A program made the translations under genes and the position numbers. From the IMG/VR virus record IMGVR_UViG_2778261502_000011: a stretch of 7,041 nt of DNA; one strand, 5' to 3'. The stretch is from a virus. Its lineage: Duplodnaviria > Heunggongvirae > Uroviricota > Caudoviricetes. Positions 1 through 5,930 of this stretch are shown here, in pieces. Each line of letters begins with the position of its first letter. Within the stretch, counting starts at the first letter, position 1. The notes beneath the pieces are model-generated. The model ran no database searches. It was not told where the DNA came from and worked only from the letters and a program-made list of their open reading frames with translations.

Positions 1-981
1 TTATAACGTCACTCCGCCTTTTAGTGGATTCAGAGCGACGGCATTTTGCAGATAGTCAGGCGCAAGGTGCGCATAGGCCATCGTCTGCTGAATGCTCGCA
101 TGTCCCAGAATCTGTTGCAGTGCGATTATATTGCCCCCATTCATCATGAAATGGCTTGCGAATGTATGCCGCAGGATGTGGGTTGCCTGATTGGGTGGTA
201 TATCAGGTTTCACTCTGCGTAAAATCCCGCAAAATTTCTCATAATCAACTTTGAATAATTTGGCGCTGGCCTCCTCTTTAACTTTTTTCTCCAGTTCCTC
301 AGAAATCGGCACGGTTCGCTTTTTACCGTTTTTGGTTTTCAGGAAGGTAACCCTGCAATTTGTAATCTGTGCTGGTTTTAGCGTGGCAACTTCCGTCCAT
401 CTTCCTCCAGTGCTCAGACATAAAAGCGCGACAAGTAAGTCATCACCAGCCAAAACATTTAACAGTTTTTCGATTTCTGCTTTTTCCAGGAACGTCATTT
501 CAGGGTTGGCCTCCGCCAGTGGCGGCAGTCCGTGAATTGGGTGTTGCCCGGAAAATTCATCCAATTGAATTAATTTTGTGAACATGCCGGATAATCGGTA
601 CATGTCACGGTTTATCGTTGCGGCACTGATACCATCACGTAGTCGCATGGAACGATAATCCATCAAAGCCCTTTTGCTCATCCTGCTCACTGGTATATCA
701 CCTATGCCGCTGATGGTTTTGAGTAGATGATTAAACTCTTTTGTTCCATGCTCGTGGTTTTGCCCGTGATATTTCCACCAGATGTCCAGCAACTCACTCA
801 AAGTCCGGCGGTCTGCTCGCTGGCCTCCCCATTCTTTCTGACTGGCATTGGCGATTGTGTATCGCTCAAATGCTAGTGCTTCAGCTTTTCTTTCGAATTT
901 CCTGCGGATGCGTTTTCCGTCGCGACCGCGAGGTCTAATGTCCACTTCATAGCGACCATCATCGAGCTTCTTAATTGCCAT
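1..981 (-). CDS. int: Tyrosine recombinase, P2-type phage integrase
   Basis: Minus-strand ORF with TAA stop at the reverse complement of 1-3. The ATG at the reverse complement of 979-981 is preceded by GGAGGG 7 nt upstream. The product starts MAIKKLDDGRYEVDIRP and carries the tyrosine-recombinase C-terminal signature (HILRHTFASH ... GH ... MAYAHL with the nucleophilic Tyr). An in-frame upstream ATG at 1011 (336 aa) has no Shine-Dalgarno sequence and is the less likely start. Confidence 0.93.
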   Translation of the reverse strand: MAIKKLDDGRYEVDIRPRGRDGKRIRRKFERKAEALAFERYTIANASQKEWGGQRADRRTLSELLDIWWKYHGQNHEHGTKEFNHLLKTISGIGDIPVSRMSKRALMDYRSMRLRDGISAATINRDMYRLSGMFTKLIQLDEFSGQHPIHGLPPLAEANPEMTFLEKAEIEKLLNVLAGDDLLVALLCLSTGGRWTEVATLKPAQITNCRVTFLKTKNGKKRTVPISEELEKKVKEEASAKLFKVDYEKFCGILRRVKPDIPPNQATHILRHTFASHFMMNGGNIIALQQILGHASIQQTMAYAHLAPDYLQNAVALNPLKGGVTL

Positions 982-1050
982 AAGAAAGCCCTCCGGCGCT
1001 GTATTCACCATCTTGGTAGCAAATGGTGAAAATGTAATCTTTATATAGAG

Positions 1051-1344
1051 TTAGCCAATCCTTTTCGCGGAGTGGTTGGACTCTGTTGACTCTGGCCCAA
1101 TGTGCGCGAGAGCCGGTGCGATTTGTCCTGCGTCCGGCGCGGTTTTATCTGTCATAAGCCATAGAGCATATTTTTGGAATGTGGGATGCATAGTGATTTT
1201 TAGCAAAGCTGTGCCACCGGGTTCAAAGTTTCCTCCTTCATATTTTTTAAGTGTGCTTAGCGGTAACTCTATGATTTCACAGAATTTTGATTGGCTTAGC
1301 CCTTCAGCCTCACGCAAGGCCTTAATCTTTTCGCTTAATTTCAT
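1051..1344 (-). CDS. C: P2 C-type immunity repressor (small HTH DNA-binding protein)
   Basis: 97-aa minus-strand ORF directly upstream of int and co-oriented with it. It faces the early operon across a short intergenic switch region. The protein (MKLSEKIKALREAEGLSQSKFCEIIELPLSTLKKYEGG ... GQIAPALAHIG) resembles the P2 C repressor as recalled, including the GQIAPALAH segment. Confidence 0.8.
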   Translation of the reverse strand: MKLSEKIKALREAEGLSQSKFCEIIELPLSTLKKYEGGNFEPGGTALLKITMHPTFQKYALWLMTDKTAPDAGQIAPALAHIGPESTESNHSAKRIG

Positions 1345-1403
1345 TTGACATGGTGCCTATATAGGGACTAAATTCCCTCAAAACTGGAACCTATATAGGT
1401 TCC
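1345..1403. promoter_or_regulatory. Putative lysis/lysogeny switch: early promoter with two palindromic operator-like repeats
   Basis: Plus strand shows a perfect -35 TTGACA at 1345-1350 and a candidate -10 TAAATT at 1369-1374 (18-nt spacer). The 10-bp palindrome CCTATATAGG occurs twice, at 1356-1365 and 1390-1399, flanking the candidate -10. The second copy sits inside a perfect 18-bp palindrome GGAACCTATATAGGTTCC (1386-1403). The leftward promoter for C/int was not pinned down. Confidence 0.45.
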
Positions 1404-1480
1404 ATTGATTTGAGAATAAACCAGCGTCTAAACGGTTTTGAGTGGTTTAGAAAGGGCTGGATCCTATGAGGGTACCATAT

Positions 1481-1753
1481 ATGGACGCTGAAAATTATGT
1501 GATTCAGTATCCGCTTGATGCGGTTCATGTGGATAAATTTGCTGATTTATTAGGGAAGCCAAAGACAGCCGTCAGTGAAATGGTGAAGGCAAATAAATTA
1601 CCAATTATTGAATTGCGTGATCCTTGCAAACCGAAGGCTCGTGCCGGTGAAAAATGGGTTTTCATTCCTGAGTTTAATCGCGCTGTACGTGAGGCGTTTT
1701 ATAACCGACCGGTTGAACAGCGTGATGCATGGCTTTTGTGGATGGGGTTGTGA
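1481..1753 (+). CDS. cox: Cox-like excisionase / switch regulator
   Basis: First plus-strand gene opposite C. The ATG at 1481 has GAGGG 7 nt upstream and gives a 90-aa product (P2 Cox is about 91 aa). The ORF extends to an upstream ATG at 1466 with a weaker Shine-Dalgarno. The C-terminus (RDAWLLWMGL) resembles the P2 Cox C-terminus as recalled. Confidence 0.78.
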   Translation: MDAENYVIQYPLDAVHVDKFADLLGKPKTAVSEMVKANKLPIIELRDPCKPKARAGEKWVFIPEFNRAVREAFYNRPVEQRDAWLLWMGL

Positions 1754-1755
1754 TT

Positions 1756-1926
1756 ATGAATGAGCCGCGTTGTATTGCTCAGTTATTGCGTAACGAAAGC
1801 CCCAGGGCGATTGACTTTACCATCACCCACGGGAAGGGTCGCAAGGGAATCATTATCCGCACCAAAAAACAGAGTCCGTTAAAAAAGGCTCTGACCTTTC
1901 TGAAAAGCCGGAGGGTCTGGAAATGA
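1756..1926 (+). CDS. Hypothetical small early protein (position of P2 orf78)
   Basis: ORF in the early operon; the six-frame ORF starts at 1729 but the ATG at 1756 follows the cox stop. Its stop TGA at 1924-1926 overlaps the ATG of the next gene (ATGA), indicating translational coupling. No motif recognised. Confidence 0.5.
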   Translation: MNEPRCIAQLLRNESPRAIDFTITHGKGRKGIIIRTKKQSPLKKALTFLKSRRVWK

Positions 1927-2423
1927 CAGTGATGACGCTCAATCTCGTCGAAAAACAGCCAGCAGCTATGCGCCGGATAATTGGTAAGCATCTTGCCGTT
2001 CCTCGCTGGCAGGATACATGTGATTATTATAATCAGATGATGGAGCGCGAACGGCTAACGGTTTGCTTTCATGCGCAGTTAAAACAGCGTCACGCAACGA
2101 TGCGTTTTGAAGAAATGAACGACGTCGAACGTGAACGGCTGGTTTGTGCAATTGATGAATTGCGTGGGGCATTCTCAAAACGCCGTCAGGTTGGCGCAAG
2201 TGAGTATGCATATATTAGTTTTTTAACAGTCAGTCAGCGTCGTACTTTATTTATGCATGCCGGATTGACTGAAAAAGAATTCAATCAGCCATACTGGCGA
2301 ATTAATGAAGAGTCATGTTACTGGCGTGATGCTTTATTCCGTGCATTACGTGAACTATTCAGTTTGTTTGAGTATGCACCGACAATTCTGACGTCGGTAA
2401 AACCAGAGCAATATCTGCATTAA
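1923..2423 (+). CDS. B: P2 gene B-like replication protein
   Basis: 166-aa ORF, the size I recall for P2 gpB, at the expected position after cox. GGAGGG lies about 11 nt upstream of the ATG at 1923. Confidence 0.7.
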   Translation: MTVMTLNLVEKQPAAMRRIIGKHLAVPRWQDTCDYYNQMMERERLTVCFHAQLKQRHATMRFEEMNDVERERLVCAIDELRGAFSKRRQVGASEYAYISFLTVSQRRTLFMHAGLTEKEFNQPYWRINEESCYWRDALFRALRELFSLFEYAPTILTSVKPEQYLH

Positions 2424-2486
2424 GTAATTAACCAGAGTTTTTAACGCACTTAATCGTGCGGGGCTTCTTTTTGCCTGGAGAAAGTC

Positions 2487-2711
2487 ATGCATACAGTTTC
2501 TGAAAATCAGTGCGGTAAATACGCATTACTGCTGCAACAGGCCAGAACCGAAGCACAGGCTGATGCTGCGACGCGCTTTTCTTCTCATCTTGACGCCATG
2601 ATTCGCCATATCACAAAGGCGGAGTTATCCCGCGTGGAGATAGTCGAGCTGCTCAGTCAGGAGTCGGAAAAATTTCACAATATCGGATTGTCTCGCGGGG
2701 AGGTGCTTTGA
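2487..2711 (+). CDS. Hypothetical small protein (P2 orf80 position)
   Basis: 74-aa ORF; ATG at 2487 preceded by GGAGAAA. Its stop TGA at 2709-2711 overlaps the next start. Confidence 0.6.
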   Translation: MHTVSENQCGKYALLLQQARTEAQADAATRFSSHLDAMIRHITKAELSRVEIVELLSQESEKFHNIGLSRGEVL

Positions 2712-3013
2712 TGTCCTGTTCTCATTCAGTTGTATTACTGAATAACGCCTTAAAAATCGCCGTTATGAAAAATGGCGATTTGTCTCTTATTCAACTTTGT
2801 CTTGATAAAGAAAAACGCGACATAACTGAATCTGTTATCGCGATTTATCAGAATGAATTAAACCTCCTGTCTGATGTGGTCAATTTACTTGTTAAACGCG
2901 CTGTATTTCACAAGCAAATCTCCTCCGTGGATGAACTGACGAAATTAACGACAGAAATCGCCAGCTATTGCGCTGATGAATTTAAGAAGCTGAACGACAA
3001 AAGGAGCTGGTAA
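2711..3013 (+). CDS. Hypothetical small protein (P2 orf81 position)
   Basis: ATG at 2711 with GGGGAGG about 8 nt upstream (the six-frame track starts at an in-frame TTG at 2708). Its stop TAA at 3011-3013 overlaps the next ATG (TAATG). Confidence 0.6.
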   Translation: MSCSHSVVLLNNALKIAVMKNGDLSLIQLCLDKEKRDITESVIAIYQNELNLLSDVVNLLVKRAVFHKQISSVDELTKLTTEIASYCADEFKKLNDKRSW

Positions 3014-3237
3014 TGCCGGACAACGTAGATTTTATTCAGGAACAACAGGCTGAATTACTGGAGCGCCAGATTAACGCGGCAAGGGTAAAACATTGCGGTG
3101 TTTCTGCGCTGGTTTGCGAAGAGTGTGACGCGCCAATACCTGCTGCCCGTCGTGCGGCTTATCCGTCAGCCACGCGTTGTGTTTCCTGTCAGTCAGTCTT
3201 TGAAGCAAAAAACAAACATTACCGGAGAATGGCATGA
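3013..3237 (+). CDS. TraR/DksA-family C4 zinc-finger protein (P2 orf82-like)
   Basis: 74-aa ORF with AAGGAG 7 nt upstream. It contains CEEC-(17 aa)-CVSC, the CxxC-x17-CxxC spacing typical of DksA/TraR zinc fingers. Confidence 0.75.
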   Translation: MPDNVDFIQEQQAELLERQINAARVKHCGVSALVCEECDAPIPAARRAAYPSATRCVSCQSVFEAKNKHYRRMA

Positions 3238-3509
3238 GTATTCGTATCGAAATTGGCGAACGTTATGTCGTTACCAGTGACAGCTTTCAGTTTATTCTCC
3301 ACGAGAAAAAGAGAGCGGAAAGCGGTAAAAACGCCGGTCAGGAATGGCTGGCGGTGGTTGGTTATTACCCGAAATTAAGCCAGCTCGTTTCCGGCCTGAT
3401 GCATCACGATATTCTGACCGGAAGCGCAAAGTCTTTTGCTGATTTAAACGCGCAGGTTGAGCAACTCAGCAAGCGTTGTTCAGAGGCTTTTGGCTCATAT
3501 GGCCGTTAA
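3234..3509 (+). CDS. Hypothetical small protein (P2 orf83 position)
   Basis: 91-aa ORF; ATG at 3234 overlaps the preceding stop, with GGAGAA upstream. It overlaps the start of the gene A remnant by 11 nt. Confidence 0.6.
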   Translation: MSIRIEIGERYVVTSDSFQFILHEKKRAESGKNAGQEWLAVVGYYPKLSQLVSGLMHHDILTGSAKSFADLNAQVEQLSKRCSEAFGSYGR

Positions 3510-3787
3510 AGCCTCCGGGCGTTTTGTCCCTCCGTCAGCATTTGCCGCAGGCACCGGTAAGGCGTTTACCGGTGCTTATGCATGGAACGCGCCACGCGAG
3601 GCTGTCGGGCGCGAAAGACCCCTTACACGTGACGAGATGCGTCAGGTGCAAGGTGTTTTATCCACGATTAACCGCCTGCCTTACTTTTTGCGCTCGCTGT
3701 TTACTTCACGCTATGACTACATCCGGCGCAATAAAAGCCCGGTATCCGGTTGCTGATGAGTGGTCGGTTTTTTCAATTAAACAATAA
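3499..3787 (+). pseudogene. A: Remnant of replication initiator gene A: N-terminal ~85 codons fused out of frame to the last ~12 codons
   Basis: From the ATG at 3499 the product reads MAVKASGRFVPPSAFAAGTGK...YDYIRRNKSPV, matching my recollection of the P2 gpA N-terminus, and stops at 3754-3756 after 85 codons. In the +2 frame the next codons read YPVADEW...* (stop at 3785-3787), resembling the gpA C-terminus. The junction lies at the short direct repeat CCGGT / CCGGT (3740-3744 and 3746-3750). A roughly 760-aa protein has been reduced to under 100 aa. Confidence 0.7.
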
Positions 3788-3839
3788 TGGCTACTGCCGC
3801 AGCGTTGTGGGAATGCTATAGTGTTTGTAGAATTATCCC

Positions 3840-3870
3840 ATGAAAAACAACTAATTAATCTGTTTTTCAT
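3840..3870. repeat. Perfect 10-bp inverted repeat (ATGAAAAACA / TGTTTTTCAT) with 11-bp spacer
   Basis: Read directly: ATGAAAAACA at 3840-3849 and its reverse complement TGTTTTTCAT at 3861-3870, in the AT-rich intergenic region between the A remnant and the methyltransferase. A T-run follows at about 3883-3889. It could be a protein-binding site or a weak terminator or hairpin; function is unknown. Confidence 0.5.
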
Positions 3871-3934
3871 ATTGAACTAATTTTTTATGGCCACAGTTGT
3901 TAAAAAGTGAGAACATAATCTTGTTCAAAACCTG

Positions 3935-3988
3935 CTTCTATATACGGAGGCTTTCGCTATAATACGCGGTCGGTTTTAGGAGGGGATA
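3935..3988 (+). promoter_or_regulatory. Putative promoter and RBS of the methyltransferase gene
   Basis: Consensus -10 TATAAT at 3958-3963 with only a weak -35 (CTTCTA at 3935-3940, 17-nt spacer). Shine-Dalgarno AGGAGG at 3978-3983 lies 5 nt before the ATG at 3989. Confidence 0.45.
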
Positions 3989-4933
3989 ATGCCAACAGTA
4001 GTTTCACTTTTTTCTGGATGCGGTGGTTCCGATGCGGGGGTTCTGAGAGCTGGCTTTGATGTGCTTATGGCCAACGATATCTTGCCGTATGCGCGCGATG
4101 TTTATATTGCCAATCATCCAGAAACTGATTACATTTTAGGCAATATTGCTGATGTAACTACTTTTCCTAAATCTGATTTGCTAGTAGGTTGTTATCCATG
4201 TCAGGGATTCAGCCAGGGTGGTGCGCGTAAGGCCGATCGAAAAATTAATACTCTTTATTTAGAGTTTGCTAGAGCTTTAAACAATATAAAGCCTAAAGCT
4301 TTTATAGTAGAAAACGTGTCTGGTATGGTTAGAAAAAACTTCGAGCATTTGTTATCTGACCAGATCAGGGTTTTTACTGAAGCAGGTTATGCTGTTTCAG
4401 CAAAAGTTTTGAATGCGGCTGAATATGGAGTAGCGCAGGAAAGAAAAAGAATATTTATCGTAGGAATCCGTAATGATTTCAAAGTTAAGTACGAGTTCCC
4501 TCAGCCAACTCATGGGCCGGCGACTGGCGTCAACTATGTTACTATTAAAGATGCTATAGGGCATTTACCTGAATGGCCAGAAGGTGAATTTTATGATATG
4601 GGGTTCCATTGGTATTATATGTCTCGCAATCGTCGCCAAGATTGGGATCAAATTTCAAAGACAATAGTTGCTAATGCAAGGCATATGCCGTTGCATCCTA
4701 TCAGTCCTTCGATGGAGAAAGTAAGAACTGATGAATGGAGGTTTGTTGAGGATCGGAGAGCTCGCAGATTCAGTTTTCGAGAGGCAGCACTATTACAAGG
4801 GTTTGAGGATCTAGTGTTTCCCGAAACAAATGCTGCAAGTCTTGGCATGAAATACACGGTGGTTGGTAATGCAGTGCCTCCGCCGCTTTTTGAAGCTGTA
4901 ACGAAGGCATTGCCAATAGAATTATGGGATTGA
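3989..4933 (+). CDS. DNA (cytosine-5)-methyltransferase
   Basis: 314-aa ORF with a strong RBS. It carries the canonical C5-MTase motifs in the correct order: FSGCGG (motif I, AdoMet binding), PCQGFS (motif IV, catalytic Cys), ENV (motif VI), QERKR (motif VIII) and GNAV (motif X), with a short variable region between VIII and IX for target recognition. Confidence 0.92.
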   Translation: MPTVVSLFSGCGGSDAGVLRAGFDVLMANDILPYARDVYIANHPETDYILGNIADVTTFPKSDLLVGCYPCQGFSQGGARKADRKINTLYLEFARALNNIKPKAFIVENVSGMVRKNFEHLLSDQIRVFTEAGYAVSAKVLNAAEYGVAQERKRIFIVGIRNDFKVKYEFPQPTHGPATGVNYVTIKDAIGHLPEWPEGEFYDMGFHWYYMSRNRRQDWDQISKTIVANARHMPLHPISPSMEKVRTDEWRFVEDRRARRFSFREAALLQGFEDLVFPETNAASLGMKYTVVGNAVPPPLFEAVTKALPIELWD

Positions 4934-4940
4934 TAATCTA

Positions 4941-5930
4941 TTAAGGCTCTGGATTTAATGTATAAAGTTCTTCTTCAAATTCGCGAAACCAATCAGAGGT
5001 AGTTATCGCTTCCCATTGGTTTGCCTTATCAAGTAGATATATGATCCTCAACCTATCTAATAATAATACACCAGCGGTTGCATGTGTGCTTACCCATTCG
5101 CCATTTGCTTCCCGATAGAAAACAGGCGTGAACATTGTTGATGGATGCTGGAAAGCAATTTGGAAATAGGTGGTCAGTTTTAACACGTTAGCCTCTAATG
5201 TTTTGCTTGGCCACCCTGTTTCTTGTGCACCACATTGACCAAGAATTCCATAGTTGCTAGTTTGACCATCAGGAAATTCCACTGTAGCAATTAGGTCAAA
5301 CCCAGCATCACCAGATGTGGGAGCTTTATTTATTTCCCTTGTGTTTAAACTACAAACTCCAAGATCTTTTCCTAAAATTTGTAGAGCATTCCGAAGATTC
5401 GTTCCATAATATTTTTGCCTATCATCGGAGTTAGCATCAAAAATTCTTACGGTGCCATGTGCAGGTAAGAGAGAAATCATTGCAACTTTACATACTCTGG
5501 CAAAGCTCTTTGCCCAACGTTGTGCTGCTCCTCTAATCGACTTAAAGGATCTAAGTCTAGAGCAGCAAAGGAGAAAAACATATATTCTTTGTTGTTGGTT
5601 TAGATTTTCTTTAATAATTATCTCATCACCTGAAATTATAAATGGATATATCTTTCCAAGAGCGCTTTCTCTATATTCGAGTTGTGTCCAAACATCTTCT
5701 AGTTGCTCTTCAAAACGATCATTTCTCTCTGCGTCTCCATCAATTTCTTCTTCAAAATTACATTCTTCATCAATTTCTTCAACACTTGTCATGCCGAATT
5801 TTCTTACTGAATCTAAATCATTTTTATGCAGAGAGTTACGTCCGGTATAATTAATCACCGTGAGTAACTCGGCTAAATCTGCAAACAAATGGGGAGAGTT
5901 GGGATGCATAACTCCTACTTCAAAAGTCAT
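4941..5930 (-). CDS. Uncharacterised protein, downstream partner of the ParB-family gene (function unknown)
   Basis: Long minus-strand ORF (track: 4941..5936, 331 aa) with three consecutive in-frame starts (GTG 5936, ATG 5933, ATG 5930). The ATG at 5930 has GAGGT about 4 nt upstream. The start overlaps the stop of the upstream gene (5920-5922), so the two are translationally coupled. The protein has an acidic segment (EEIDEECNFEEEIDGDAERNDRFEEQLED). I find no Walker A motif and no catalytic motif I can name. Confidence 0.75.
   Translation of the reverse strand: MTFEVGVMHPNSPHLFADLAELLTVINYTGRNSLHKNDLDSVRKFGMTSVEEIDEECNFEEEIDGDAERNDRFEEQLEDVWTQLEYRESALGKIYPFIISGDEIIIKENLNQQQRIYVFLLCCSRLRSFKSIRGAAQRWAKSFARVCKVAMISLLPAHGTVRIFDANSDDRQKYYGTNLRNALQILGKDLGVCSLNTREINKAPTSGDAGFDLIATVEFPDGQTSNYGILGQCGAQETGWPSKTLEANVLKLTTYFQIAFQHPSTMFTPVFYREANGEWVSTHATAGVLLLDRLRIIYLLDKANQWEAITTSDWFREFEEELYTLNPEP

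Noticed and set aside
251-938. Plus-strand ORFs 251..535, 369..581 and 741..938
   Set aside because: They lie entirely antisense to the well-supported integrase gene, have no RBS and show low-complexity translations; judged to be chance ORFs.
1076-1348. Plus-strand 90-aa ORF
   Set aside because: Antisense to the C repressor gene, which has a far more plausible product and context.
1779-2211. Minus-strand ORFs 1779..1991 and 1966..2211
   Set aside because: Antisense to the early operon (small ORF and B); no start signals; the plus-strand genes are coupled and collinear.
2445-2473. Possible intrinsic terminator between B and orf80 (CGCAC-loop-GTGCG followed by a T-rich run)
   Set aside because: The stem is only 5 bp and is separated from the T-tract by GGGC. 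It is too weak to call; at most an attenuator.
3098-3280. Plus-strand 60-aa ORF in an alternative frame
   Set aside because: Embedded out of frame within the TraR/DksA-like gene, whose zinc-finger motif supports the other frame.
3457-3787. ORFs 3457..3756 and 3476..3787 as two independent genes
   Set aside because: Better explained as the two frames of a single deleted gene A: the N-terminal fragment from the ATG at 3499 and the shifted C-terminal remnant. The upstream in-frame extension to 3457 overlaps orf83 and has no RBS.
4648-4857. Minus-strand 69-aa ORF
   Set aside because: Antisense inside the methyltransferase gene, between conserved motifs; chance ORF.
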